A stretch of 41,429 nt of DNA from an uncultured Rhodospirillaceae bacterium (GTDB taxonomy: Bacteria > Pseudomonadota > Alphaproteobacteria > UBA8366), in assembly GCA_964469835.1 (NCBI GenBank), contig CAYYBI010000100.1, positions 1-41,429 on the forward strand, in the 5' to 3' direction. The notes below the pieces were generated by a model. That model was not told the origin of the DNA, ran no database searches, and was given only the letters and a program-made list of their open reading frames with translations. Of the stretch, positions 9,453 through 19,222 are shown in pieces. The translations under genes and the position numbers were made by a program. Positions within the stretch are counted from its first letter, which is position 1. Each line of letters starts with the position of its first letter.

Positions 9453-10318
9453 GCCGCGAACAAGTCTCGCAGGCCCGCACGATAATCCGGCCACGCAAAC
9501 CGCACGCCGAGTTCCTGTTTTATCCGACGATTGGAGACCCGCTTGTTGTCGCGATAAAAGCTGCGCGCCATGGCAGACAGATCGGCGTCCGCGAACGGCA
9601 AGTCTGGCGGCGGCGCCACGCCAAGCAGATCACAGGCAAAGGCGATGACATCCTGTGGCGGGGCCGCTTCATCGTCGCATAGATTATAAACCGCGCCCGG
9701 ATTGCCTCTCGCCAACGATGCGCGCAGAACCGCGACGATATCGTCCCTGTGAATTCGGCTGAACACCTGTCCCGGCTTAATGATACGCCGCGCCCGGCCA
9801 GCCCGCACGGTTTCCAGCGCATTGCGGCCGGGCCCGTAGATGCCGGCCAGCCGGAAGATATGGACGGGCGTGTTGTTTTTCCGGAACAAATCCAGCCAAC
9901 CCTGCTCCGCGCTGACACGCCGGCGGCCGCGATCGCCGGTCGGCTGCAAGTCGGACAATTCGTCGACCCAGCCGCCGGCCCGATCGCCATAGACGCCTGT
10001 CGTCGACAGGTATCCCGCCCATTCCAGGGTGGTCAGCGCGGCGATATCGGCGGCGTGCTGGTCGAGCACCGGATCGCCGGACGCATCCGGCGGCACCGAG
10101 GACAGCAGGTGCGTCGTGCCTCCGAGCGCCGCCGCCGCATCCTCGAGCGGCCGCCCCCGATCGAACAGGAATGCCTCGATGCCGGCATTGCGCAATGCCG
10201 CCTGCTTCTCGGCCGACCGGCAGCTTCCCGCCACCCGCCAGCCTTCTGCCATGAGGTCATCGGCGAGCGCCCGGGCCGAATAGCCGAGGCCGAAACAAAA
10301 GAGGCGGGGAGGGGCCAT
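9434..10318 (-). CDS. NAD(P)-binding Rossmann-fold protein (SDR/epimerase-like)
   Basis: 294 aa. It has an N-terminal FCFGLGYSARALA Rossmann-like motif and an extended-SDR-like body (RLAGIYGPGR). The ATG is preceded by GGGGAGGGG. Confidence 0.7.
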   Translation of the reverse strand: MAPPRLFCFGLGYSARALADDLMAEGWRVAGSCRSAEKQAALRNAGIEAFLFDRGRPLEDAAAALGGTTHLLSSVPPDASGDPVLDQHAADIAALTTLEWAGYLSTTGVYGDRAGGWVDELSDLQPTGDRGRRRVSAEQGWLDLFRKNNTPVHIFRLAGIYGPGRNALETVRAGRARRIIKPGQVFSRIHRDDIVAVLRASLARGNPGAVYNLCDDEAAPPQDVIAFACDLLGVAPPPDLPFADADLSAMARSFYRDNKRVSNRRIKQELGVRFAWPDYRAGLRDLFAAQASSN

Positions 10319-10356
10319 GTTGCGCTACTGTACTTCGGTTGGACGGTCGCTCCGTC

Positions 10357-11226
10357 ATGGCCCGTACAACAGATCGGACCATGGCGGCGCAGCCGTCAAG
10401 AGCGCAGACTTTAGGATTCGCGGTGACACAAGACAAGCATCGGCCCGTGCTGGCGGTCCTCCTGATTTGCCTCTTTATGGCCGCTGCGCCGGTGCGCGCG
10501 GACACGCCGGCCGGCCTTCCCGATGCCGGCAAGCGCTATCAGGACTGCATGCGTCTCGCCCGCACGAAACCGGCGGAGGGCTTGGAACGTGCGATCGCCT
10601 GGGAGGAACACGGCGGCGCCGGCGGGGCCCGTCATTGCGCGGCAGTGGCGCTATTCGGACTCGGTAATTTCGACGCCGCGGCGATGCGGCTCGAAGAGCT
10701 CGCCTGGAGCCTGCCGGTAGATTCGCCGGATTCCGTGCGCGTGCAACTCCTGTCGCAGGCCGGCCAGGCATGGCTCGATGCGCGCAAACCGGACAAGGCC
10801 CATGCGGTCATGAGCGCCGCGGTCGATCTCGCGCCGCGGGACCCGGAGCTGCGTATCGACCGCGCCATGGCACTGGCCGCGGCGCAACGCTATCAGGATG
10901 CGATCCTCGACCTCAGCGCCGCACTGATCGCCGACCCGGCCTCGGTCGATGCGCTGACGCTCCGGGCCAGCGCCTACCGGCTGTCGGGACGCCGGAAAGC
11001 CGCCAAGGCCGACATAGACCGGGCGCTCGCACTCGCGCCGGAAAATCCCGACGCACTGTTGGAACGCGGCATATTGCGGCAGCTTGCCGGCGATCGCGCC
11101 GGCGCGGCCCGGGATTGGCTACGGCTGGTCAACCGTCACGCGGATACGCCGGCAGCCGCAATCGCCCGCCGCAACCTGAAACGCGCTCGCATGCCACGGG
11201 ATAGCGGCGGCACGCAAATCCGCTAA
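10357..11226 (+). CDS. secreted tetratricopeptide-repeat protein
   Basis: Signal-peptide-like KHRPVLAVLLICLFMAAAPVRA|D is followed by repeated TPR-like A..D...AL.L.P motifs. The start is ambiguous. Candidates are TTG 10339, ATG 10357, ATG 10381, or GTG 10423, which has an AGGA 7 nt upstream. Confidence 0.7.
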   Translation: MARTTDRTMAAQPSRAQTLGFAVTQDKHRPVLAVLLICLFMAAAPVRADTPAGLPDAGKRYQDCMRLARTKPAEGLERAIAWEEHGGAGGARHCAAVALFGLGNFDAAAMRLEELAWSLPVDSPDSVRVQLLSQAGQAWLDARKPDKAHAVMSAAVDLAPRDPELRIDRAMALAAAQRYQDAILDLSAALIADPASVDALTLRASAYRLSGRRKAAKADIDRALALAPENPDALLERGILRQLAGDRAGAARDWLRLVNRHADTPAAAIARRNLKRARMPRDSGGTQIR

Positions 11227-11891
11227 AAATCGAGATCCGCATAGTGCCGCGGCGGCGGATACCCGGGGATGTGATCGCCCAGAATATCGCGAAAACTCGG
11301 CCGGGACTTGATCCGAGCATACCAGTCCTTGGCCCGCGGATGGTCGTCCCAAGGCACGTCGCCGAGATAGTCGATACACGAAATATGCGACGCAGCGGCA
11401 ATATCGGCGAGGGAAAATTCTTCGCCGGCGAGCCATTTCCGGCTGTCGATCAGCCAGCCGATATAGTCGAGATGGATGTGGATGTTGCTGTGCCCGGCGC
11501 GGATCGCCGCGGAGTTCGGTTCGCCGAGCGACAGCAGGCGCTTCATGATCTTCTCGTACACGAGATGCCGGGTGACCTCGGCATTGAACTTTTCATCAAA
11601 CCAAATGATCAGCCGGCGGGTCTCGGCGCGGCCGATCGGGTCGCGGCCGAGCAGCGGCGGTTCCGGGTAGACTTCTTCCAGGTATTCGGTGATGACCGAG
11701 GAATCGCAGAGAACCGGACCGTCGGCGGTTTCCAGCACCGGCACCTTCCCCATCGGGTTAAGTGCCAAAAAGCCTTCGCGCCGGTCCCAAATCTTTTCAA
11801 TTCGGGGTTCCAGATCGAGCTTTTTCTCCGCCATCGCCACGCGCACCTTGCGGCAGAATGGTGAGAGCCAAAGGTGGTAGAGCCTGTGCAT
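11223..11891 (-). CDS. glutathione S-transferase
   Basis: From the ATG at 11891 the product reads MHRLYHLWLSPFCRKVRVAMAEKKL...LNPMGKVPVL...SSVITEYLEE. This is a thioredoxin-like GST N-domain followed by the helical C-domain. Confidence 0.85.
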   Translation of the reverse strand: MHRLYHLWLSPFCRKVRVAMAEKKLDLEPRIEKIWDRREGFLALNPMGKVPVLETADGPVLCDSSVITEYLEEVYPEPPLLGRDPIGRAETRRLIIWFDEKFNAEVTRHLVYEKIMKRLLSLGEPNSAAIRAGHSNIHIHLDYIGWLIDSRKWLAGEEFSLADIAAASHISCIDYLGDVPWDDHPRAKDWYARIKSRPSFRDILGDHIPGYPPPRHYADLDF

Positions 11892-11967
11892 GAGGGGACT
11901 ATAATCCTGCACCGGCGGACACGAAACCGTCTTGCAATGCAAGAAACCGGGCCGGGCAATCTCGGCG

Positions 11968-14900
11968 CTATTCCGCGACGCCGTCCAGGCTTGCTGCCGG
12001 CGCGCCAGTTAGCGAGTGTTCCAGATGGTCGAGCGTCTCGAAGGGGACGATCTGCCAGAAACGATCCTTTTCGACGACCCAATCAGCAAGGATGCTCTCG
12101 GCCCAGCTCGACTGCGTTTCTTCGTAGTGCTCCGCGATCAGACTACGGCAAACTTCTTCCCAGTGATCCGTCTCGATGCGCTGACAATGGACCGATTCCG
12201 AATTGATCCGATATTGGAATGCTTCGTCCACGTCATAAACGAAAGCCATTCCGCCCGTCATACCCGCCGCGAAATTATCGCCCACCGGGCCGAGAACCAC
12301 CACCGTGCCACCGGTCATGTATTCGCAGCCGTTCGATCCGCACCCCTCGACCACGGCAACCGCGCCCGAATTGCGCACGGCGAACCGCTCGCCGGCCTGG
12401 CCAGCAGTGAACAATTTGCCCGCGGTCGCCCCGTACAGCACGGTGTTGCCGATGATCGTGTTGTGGTTGGACGCGAGCGGAGACGACGAGAGCGGCCGCA
12501 CGACGATCGTGCCGCCGGAGAGTCCCTTGCCCACATAGTCATTGGCCTCGCCGAATACTTCGACCTTCAACCCCTGCACGGCAAAGGCGCCGAGCGACTG
12601 GCCGGCCGACCCCCGCAGCCGCACGGTGATATGGTCCGGCCGCAGACCGAACATGCCGAACTGGCGGGTAATATGCGACGAAAGGCGGGCGCCGATGGCC
12701 CGCTGGGTATTCTGCACATTGTATTGCAGCTGCATTTTCTCGCCTTCGGTAAACAGCGCTGCCGCATCCTTGACCATCTGGGCGTCCAGCGTGTCGGGCA
12801 CTTCGTTGCGCCCTTCAATAGTGCAGTAGCGCAGCTTGTCGCCTGCATCGACCTGGGCCAGCAACGGATTGAGATCGAGGTCGTCGAGATGCTCGGCCCC
12901 GCGGCTCACCTGAAACAGGAGGTCGGTCCGGCCGATCACGTCCTTCAGCGAACGCATGCCGAGCGATGCCAGGATTTCGCGCACTTCCTCGGCGATGAAA
13001 CTGAACAGGTTTACGACTTTTTCCGGCGTACCCGTGAATTTTTCCCGCAGCGCGGGATTTTGCGAGCAGACGCCGACCGGACAGGTGTTTGAATGACACT
13101 GCCGCACCAGAATGCAGCCCATCGCGACAAGCGACGCCGTACCGATGCCGAATTCCTCGGCGCCGAGCATGGCCGCCATGACCACGTCACGGCCCGTCTT
13201 GATGCCGCCGTCGGTGCGCAGCTTCACCCGGTGGCGCAACCCATTCAGGGTCAGCACCTGGTGCACTTCCGAAAGGCCCATCTCCCAGGGCGTGCCCGCG
13301 TATTTGATCGACGATTGCGGCGATGCCCCGGTACCGCCCGAATGTCCCGAAATCAAAATAACGTCGGCATTGGCCTTGGCCACGCCGGCAGCGATCGTGC
13401 CGATGCCGGTCCGTGCAACCAGCTTGACGCAAACCGATGCATCCGGATTGACCTGTTTCAAGTCGTAGATCAGCTGCGCCAGATCCTCGATCGAATAGAT
13501 GTCATGATGCGGCGGCGGCGAGATCAGCGTTACGCCCGGCATGGAATGGCGCAAGCGGGCAATCAGCTCGCTGACCTTGAGTCCGGGAAGTTGCCCGCCC
13601 TCGCCGGGTTTTGCGCCCTGCGCGATCTTGATCTCGATCTCGCGGCAATTGTTGAGGTACTCGGTGGTGACGCCGAAACGGCCGGACGCGATCTGTTTGA
13701 TTGCGCTCGATGCATTGTCGCCGTTTCGTTTCGCCTTGTACCGCGCGGGATCTTCGCCGCCTTCGCCGGAATCGGATTTTGCGCCGATCCGGTTCATCGC
13801 AATCGACAGTGTCTCATGCGCCTCCGGCGACAAGGCGCCCAATGAGATTCCGGGCGCCACGAGCATTTTGCGAATCTCGGTGATCGACTCGACTTCATCC
13901 ACGCCGACGGGGTCGTATTTCGGATCGAAGTCGAGCAGATCCCGTAAATTGATCGGGGGCAAGTTCGCCACGCCGTTGCTGAATTTCAAATATTGGCCAA
14001 ACGAATCCGTCTCGACGGCGGTCTGCAATTGGTGAATCAGATTGCCGTCCCAGAAATGGGATTCCCCGCCGCGCCGGTAACGATAGAAACCGCCCATCGG
14101 CAACGCGACGAAATCCTCCGCATAGGCACGGCTATGGATTTCCAGCACCTTTTTCTGAATGCCCGTCAGGCCGATGCCGGAAATGCGGCTGGCCAATCCG
14201 GGAAAGAACTCAGCGACCAGCGATCGGGAAAGTCCGACCGCCTCGAAATTATAGCCGCCGCGGTAGGAACTGATGATGGCGATGCCCATCTTCGACATGA
14301 TCTTGAGCAGGCCTTCGTTGAGGGCATTCTTGAAGCGCCGCAGCGCCTCGTCGCGCGGCATCTCATCGAACAGTCCGCGCCGCCGGCGGTCGGCGACCGA
14401 TTCCTGTGCCAGCCACGGATTGACCGTCGTTGCGCCAACGCCGATCAATACCGCCGCGTAGTGCACATCCATACACTCGGCACAGCGCACATTGATCGAG
14501 GTGAAGGTCCGCAACTGGGTGCGGATCAGGTGGTTATGCACGGCGCCGACGGCGAGAATCATCGGGATCGCCGCGTATGCCGCGTTGACGTTCACATCGG
14601 ACAGAACGATGTGCGTGTGGCCGCCCCGGATCGCGTCCTCGGCTTCCGCCTGGATGCGAGAGACCGCGTCGGCCAACGCCTGCGGTCCCGCATCAACCGG
14701 AAAAATACAATCGATTTCGACCACCGACTCACCAAGATAGTCGACCAGCGTTTCCAGTTCCCCGTTCAACAGCACCGGCGAGTCGAGTTGCAGGAATTCG
14801 AGCTGGCTTTCGTCTTCATCAAGAATGTTACCGAGATTGCCCAGCCGCGTCGTCAGGCTCATCACCCGCCGTTCGCGCAGGCTATCGATCGGCGGATTGG

Positions 14901-16500
14901 TCACCTGGCTGAAATTTTGCCGGAAGAAGTGATGCAAACCTCGGTATTTGTCGGACAGCACGGCGATTGGCGAGTCGTCGCCCATCGAACCGATCGCCTC
15001 TTTCGCGTCTTCGACCATAGGATGGAGGATCATTTCCAGATCTTCCATCGTCCAGCCGACCGCCACCTGGCACCGGCGCAATTCCTCGCGCGTTAGCGTG
15101 GCCGTTTCAGTCGTCCCGCCGGCGCGAAGACTCTCAAGCCTTGTCCGTTTCTTGAGCCATTCGCCGAACGGCCGAAGGGCGGCGACCTTATCCTTGATGT
15201 CCCGATCGTGGTACAGCCTGCCCTCGGCAAGTTGCACACCGATCATTTGGCCGGGGCCGATCCGGCCCTTTTTAACCACGGCGGTTTCATCGACACGAAC
15301 CATGCCGGCCTCGGACCCGACGATCAACAGATCGTCGTCAGTGACCACATAGCGCATCGGCCGCAAGCCGTTGCGGTCCATTCCGGCCAGTACCCAGCGG
15401 CCGCCATAGGCGCAAATCGCCGCCGGGCCATCCCACGGTTCCATCACTGAATTGCCATAGGCATAGAATTGACGGTGCGCCCGCGGAATCGTGTCCGAGT
15501 GTTCCCAGGCCTCTGGAATGAGAAGGGATTTTACTTCGGGCAGCTCACGATCGGTGCGCACCAACAGCTCAAACACCGCGTCGAGTGCGGCGGAATCCGA
15601 ACCGCCTGGTTGGATCACCGGCTTTATGTCCGCGATGTGATCGCCAAATCGCCGGTTCGCCATCGGCGTCTCGTGGCTGCGCATCCAATTCACATTGCCA
15701 ACCAGCGTATTGATCTCGCCATTGTGCGCAAGCACCCGGAAGGGCTGCGCCAACCGCCAGGTCGGGAAGGTATTGGTGGAATAGCGCTGATGGTAGATCG
15801 CAAAATTGGAGACGAACAACTCGTCGAGCAGATCGGGATAAAAGGCGGTCAACTGCTCGGCCAGGAACAACCCCTTGTAGATCATCGACCGGCAACTCAG
15901 CGAACAGATATAGAAATCGGCAATACTCTCCGCCGCCACCGCCTTCTCGATCCGCCGGCGAATGATATAGAGATCGACCTGAAACTGGCTATCGGAGACG
16001 TCGCGCGCGTTCGCGACCATCACCTGTTCGATTTCCGGCCGGGTTGCGTTCGCCTTTTCACCGATCACATCGACATTTACGGGAACCTGGCGCCAGCCAT
16101 AGATGCGATGGCCGAAGCGCAGAATTTCCGTTTCGACAATTTGTCGGCAGCGCTCCTGGGCCGATAAATCGGTTCGCGGCAAAAATATCATGCCAACGGC
16201 GAGCCGGCCGGTACCCGGCATATGACCGGTCCGCCGAATATGTTCCTTGAAGAAATCCTGTGGGATCTGAACGTGCAGCCCGGCGCCATCCCCGGTCATG
16301 CCATCGGCGTCCACTGCGCCTCGATGCCACAGGGATTTGAGCGCCTCGATGCCCTTGAGCACGACATCGCGCCGCGCGTCGCCGTTGATTGAAACGATCA
16401 TCCCGACGCCGCAGGCATCGTGCTCCTGTGCCGGGTCATAAGCGTGATTTTGCTGAAGGAATCCGGTGCTGCGCCGCCATTTCTCGACGAATGCGTTCAT
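11968..16500 (-). CDS. gltB: glutamate synthase (NADPH) large subunit
   Basis: 1510 aa. It has the N-terminal Ntn amidotransferase cysteine (HDACGVGMIV), the FMN/3Fe-4S central domains and the C-terminal GXGXG beta-helix domain. The match runs full length. Confidence 0.98.
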   Translation of the reverse strand: MNAFVEKWRRSTGFLQQNHAYDPAQEHDACGVGMIVSINGDARRDVVLKGIEALKSLWHRGAVDADGMTGDGAGLHVQIPQDFFKEHIRRTGHMPGTGRLAVGMIFLPRTDLSAQERCRQIVETEILRFGHRIYGWRQVPVNVDVIGEKANATRPEIEQVMVANARDVSDSQFQVDLYIIRRRIEKAVAAESIADFYICSLSCRSMIYKGLFLAEQLTAFYPDLLDELFVSNFAIYHQRYSTNTFPTWRLAQPFRVLAHNGEINTLVGNVNWMRSHETPMANRRFGDHIADIKPVIQPGGSDSAALDAVFELLVRTDRELPEVKSLLIPEAWEHSDTIPRAHRQFYAYGNSVMEPWDGPAAICAYGGRWVLAGMDRNGLRPMRYVVTDDDLLIVGSEAGMVRVDETAVVKKGRIGPGQMIGVQLAEGRLYHDRDIKDKVAALRPFGEWLKKRTRLESLRAGGTTETATLTREELRRCQVAVGWTMEDLEMILHPMVEDAKEAIGSMGDDSPIAVLSDKYRGLHHFFRQNFSQVTNPPIDSLRERRVMSLTTRLGNLGNILDEDESQLEFLQLDSPVLLNGELETLVDYLGESVVEIDCIFPVDAGPQALADAVSRIQAEAEDAIRGGHTHIVLSDVNVNAAYAAIPMILAVGAVHNHLIRTQLRTFTSINVRCAECMDVHYAAVLIGVGATTVNPWLAQESVADRRRRGLFDEMPRDEALRRFKNALNEGLLKIMSKMGIAIISSYRGGYNFEAVGLSRSLVAEFFPGLASRISGIGLTGIQKKVLEIHSRAYAEDFVALPMGGFYRYRRGGESHFWDGNLIHQLQTAVETDSFGQYLKFSNGVANLPPINLRDLLDFDPKYDPVGVDEVESITEIRKMLVAPGISLGALSPEAHETLSIAMNRIGAKSDSGEGGEDPARYKAKRNGDNASSAIKQIASGRFGVTTEYLNNCREIEIKIAQGAKPGEGGQLPGLKVSELIARLRHSMPGVTLISPPPHHDIYSIEDLAQLIYDLKQVNPDASVCVKLVARTGIGTIAAGVAKANADVILISGHSGGTGASPQSSIKYAGTPWEMGLSEVHQVLTLNGLRHRVKLRTDGGIKTGRDVVMAAMLGAEEFGIGTASLVAMGCILVRQCHSNTCPVGVCSQNPALREKFTGTPEKVVNLFSFIAEEVREILASLGMRSLKDVIGRTDLLFQVSRGAEHLDDLDLNPLLAQVDAGDKLRYCTIEGRNEVPDTLDAQMVKDAAALFTEGEKMQLQYNVQNTQRAIGARLSSHITRQFGMFGLRPDHITVRLRGSAGQSLGAFAVQGLKVEVFGEANDYVGKGLSGGTIVVRPLSSSPLASNHNTIIGNTVLYGATAGKLFTAGQAGERFAVRNSGAVAVVEGCGSNGCEYMTGGTVVVLGPVGDNFAAGMTGGMAFVYDVDEAFQYRINSESVHCQRIETDHWEEVCRSLIAEHYEETQSSWAESILADWVVEKDRFWQIVPFETLDHLEHSLTGAPAASLDGVAE

Positions 16501-16509
16501 GGCCGCACC

Positions 16510-17952
16510 CTAGGACGCGAGCGGCAGTGACTCGTCCCGCCGGCTCTCGATATAGCGATGGATTGCGTCGGCGGCATCGCGCCCGTCGCGGATCGCCCAA
16601 ACCACGAGCGAGGCGCCCCGGACGATATCACCCGCGGCGAACACGCCATTGGCGTTCGTCATCATGGTATTCCAATCGATTTTTACCGTCCCCCATCCGG
16701 TCACCGGAAGTGCCGGGTCGCCGAACAGCACGGGCAGGTCTTCCGGATCGAACCCGAGCGCGGTGATCACCAGGTCCGCATCGTGAATTTGACTTTCGCC
16801 CTCGATCGGCTGCGGCGACTGTCGGCCGCTCGCGTCGGGCAGGCCGAGCCGCATGACCTGTGCCCGGACGCCAGCCACCAATTCGTCGCCGAGGAAGGCT
16901 TCCGGCGCCGACAACCAAACGAACTCGACGCCTTCCTCCTCGGCGTGTTCCACCTCGCGTGCGGAGCCCGGCATGTTGTCCCGATTGCGGCGATACAAGC
17001 ATTTAACCGAAAGCGCCCCCTGGCGCACGGCCGTCCGCACGCAGTCCATGGCGGTGTCGCCGCCGCCGATCACCACGACGTTGCGATCCGACGCGTCGAG
17101 CGCGCCGCTGTCGAAAGCGGGAACCGGATCCCCCAACCCCTTGCGGTTGCTCGCGATGAGATAGTCGATCGCCTGAACGATATTGCCGAGGCCAACGCCC
17201 GGCGCGGCGATGTCGCGCGACTTGTAGACCCCAGTGGCGATCAGCACTGCGTCGTGCCGGTCCCGCAGTTCGGGCAGGCTGGCGTCGCGGCCTACTTCGA
17301 AATTGAGATCGAATTCCACCCCGCCTTCCACCAGCCATTTGGCCCGGCGTTCGACGATATCTTTTTCGAGCTTGAAATTGGGAATGCCGTACATCAGCAA
17401 TCCACCGACCCGGTCGTGCCGGTCATAAATGACCACCCGATATCCCAAGCGGCGCAGCCGGTCCGCGGCGGCGAGCCCGGCCGGTCCCGCGCCGACAATG
17501 CCGATTGATTCGGGCCGTTCCCGTACCGGCGATGCCGGGCGTATCCAACCGTTTTCCCAGGCCACCTCGGTCACGTAATTCTCGACGGTGCCGATCGTGA
17601 CCGTGCCGTGCCCGGCTTTTTCGATGACGCAGTTGCCTTCACACAAACGATCCTGCGGGCAGATACGCCCGCAAACCTCGGGGAAGGTATTGGTCGCCGA
17701 GGCGACTTCATAGGCCTCCTCCAACCGACCTTCGGCGGTCAATAGCAGCCAATCCGGGATATTGTTGTGCAGCGGGCAATGCTGTTGGCAGAACGGAATA
17801 CCGCATTGCGAACAGCGCGCCGCCTGCAACGCCGCATTGTCCGGCTGAAACCGCTTGAAAATTTCATCGAAGTCACTTCGCCGGAGCTCGGCATCCCGCT
17901 TTTCCGGCATCTGCCGGTCAGTATCGACAAAACGCAGCATTTGAGTCGGCAT
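16510..17952 (-). CDS. gltD: glutamate synthase (NADPH) small subunit
   Basis: From the ATG at 17952 the product starts MPTQMLRFVDTDRQMPEKRDAELRRSDFDEIF. It contains 4Fe-4S cysteines (CSQCGIPFCQQHCPL, CGRICPQDRLCEGNC) and FAD/NADPH motifs (GIVGAGPAGLAAA, VIGGGDTAMDC). From memory it is closely collinear with Azospirillum GltD, which begins at the equivalent point. I reject the 81-codon upstream extension in the track. Confidence 0.95.
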   Translation of the reverse strand: MPTQMLRFVDTDRQMPEKRDAELRRSDFDEIFKRFQPDNAALQAARCSQCGIPFCQQHCPLHNNIPDWLLLTAEGRLEEAYEVASATNTFPEVCGRICPQDRLCEGNCVIEKAGHGTVTIGTVENYVTEVAWENGWIRPASPVRERPESIGIVGAGPAGLAAADRLRRLGYRVVIYDRHDRVGGLLMYGIPNFKLEKDIVERRAKWLVEGGVEFDLNFEVGRDASLPELRDRHDAVLIATGVYKSRDIAAPGVGLGNIVQAIDYLIASNRKGLGDPVPAFDSGALDASDRNVVVIGGGDTAMDCVRTAVRQGALSVKCLYRRNRDNMPGSAREVEHAEEEGVEFVWLSAPEAFLGDELVAGVRAQVMRLGLPDASGRQSPQPIEGESQIHDADLVITALGFDPEDLPVLFGDPALPVTGWGTVKIDWNTMMTNANGVFAAGDIVRGASLVVWAIRDGRDAADAIHRYIESRRDESLPLAS

Positions 17953-18199
17953 ACCTAAATTGCCCCCTTGCAACCCGGTTATCCCCATTATTCTTTCTTT
18001 TGGAACACTTAAGACGGATGTTACCAACAAACGGGTGTCACCCTGCACGCCGCCGGCGCGCCTTGGCTCAGACTTAAATTTCGCCAAGTGGGCAGGTCCG
18101 TAGAAACCCGCCGCTTCCACCCATGGCCGTCGCCAAACCCTGAAAACAGCAACTTTGCCGCGCAGCGCTCCATCATTGGATACAACAATTAGCACCGGA

Positions 18200-18228
18200 A
18201 ATCTAGCAAATTCCCCTCAATAGGTCAA
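18200..18228 (-). promoter_or_regulatory. candidate sigma-70 promoter for gltDB
   Basis: The minus strand reads TTGACC-N17-TAGATT. It would give a ~240-nt leader before the gltD ATG. A perfect TATAAT on the plus strand at 18240-18245 could serve divergent uppP. Confidence 0.3.
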
Positions 18229-18418
18229 GTTACTTGTCCTATAATTACGGCCTATAAGGATGCGCCGTGCGCCGCACCGCTCCGCCTGGCTCAGAAAAAT
18301 TCCTTTTAGTCTCACATCGGAACTACCAAAGCGGCTGCAATGCATATCAGAGGATGCTAGTCTGCCGCCGGGAATGAGGTTGGATCGCCGGCCGCATAAG
18401 GGGATGTAGGGAAAATTC

Positions 18419-19216
18419 GTGGAAATCGTCCAGCTCGTTACCCTGGCCGTCGTCCAAGGCATCACTGAATTTCTGCCTATCAGCTCATCGGGTCACTTGG
18501 TGTTGACCTCCCGAGTCCTCGGCTGGGCCGACCAGGGTTTGATCATCGATGTCGCCGTTCACGTCGGCACACTGCTTGCGGTTATGGTTTATTTCTGGCG
18601 CGACATCTGGAAAATAGTCGCCGGCACCGCCGGGATCGTGACGGGACGCCGAGATCCGGGCTTCAGCCTGGCGTTGCACGTCCTCGTCGCCACGCTTCCC
18701 ATCGTTGCCGCGGGATATTTTATGCAACCCTATATTGGGTCCACCTTTCGCAGCGTCGAACTGATCGGCTGGACGACCATCGGGTTCGGCATCCTGCTTG
18801 GCGTCGCGGATTGGCTTTGCATGACGCTTCGCCGCATTGAGCATCTGAACGTGCCGACCGCCTTTTTCGTTGGGGTAGCGCAAGTGTTGGCTCTCCTACC
18901 GGGCACCAGCCGGTCCGGCGTTACCATGACCGCCTGCCGGTTCATGGGTATGGAGCGCAGCGAAGCGGCGCGCTTTTCCCTGTTGATGTCGATTCCGGCA
19001 ATCCTCGGCGCGGCAACGCTCGCCGGCCTAGGACTTTACAAGAGCGGCAACATCACACTCGGCCTGGACGCCGCGCTGGCCGCACTGTTCGCTTTCGGGA
19101 CCGCGCTAATTTCCATCGCCGCGATGATGCAGTGGCTGATGCGCGCGACATTCACCCCCTTCGTCATCTACCGCATGCTGCTCGGCGGGTTGCTGTTGTA
19201 TTGGGTCTACGGGTAG
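18419..19216 (+). CDS. uppP: undecaprenyl-diphosphate phosphatase
   Basis: 265-aa polytopic membrane protein with the BacA/UppP signatures GITEFLPISSSGHL and PGTSRSG. It has a GTG start. Confidence 0.93.
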   Translation: MEIVQLVTLAVVQGITEFLPISSSGHLVLTSRVLGWADQGLIIDVAVHVGTLLAVMVYFWRDIWKIVAGTAGIVTGRRDPGFSLALHVLVATLPIVAAGYFMQPYIGSTFRSVELIGWTTIGFGILLGVADWLCMTLRRIEHLNVPTAFFVGVAQVLALLPGTSRSGVTMTACRFMGMERSEAARFSLLMSIPAILGAATLAGLGLYKSGNITLGLDAALAALFAFGTALISIAAMMQWLMRATFTPFVIYRMLLGGLLLYWVYG

Positions 19217-19222
19217 ACGGGT

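Noticed and set aside
12016-16167. Several 230-370-aa plus-strand ORFs (12016..13092, 13093..13845, 13993..15096, 15469..16167)
   Set aside because: All lie antisense inside gltB, whose 1510-aa product is unambiguous. They have no motifs and the usual GC-rich antisense composition.
17960-17985. Possible sigma-54 (-24/-12) promoter GGATAACCGGGTTGC just upstream of gltD
   Set aside because: The GG-to-GC spacing is off by one relative to TGGCAC-N5-TTGC. It also sits only about 10-25 nt from the ATG, overlapping the SD region.
17953-18195. 81-codon N-terminal extension of gltD in the ORF track (561 aa)
   Set aside because: The extension has no similarity to GltD and no SD. The conserved N-terminus begins at the ATG at 17952, which has an upstream AGGGGG.
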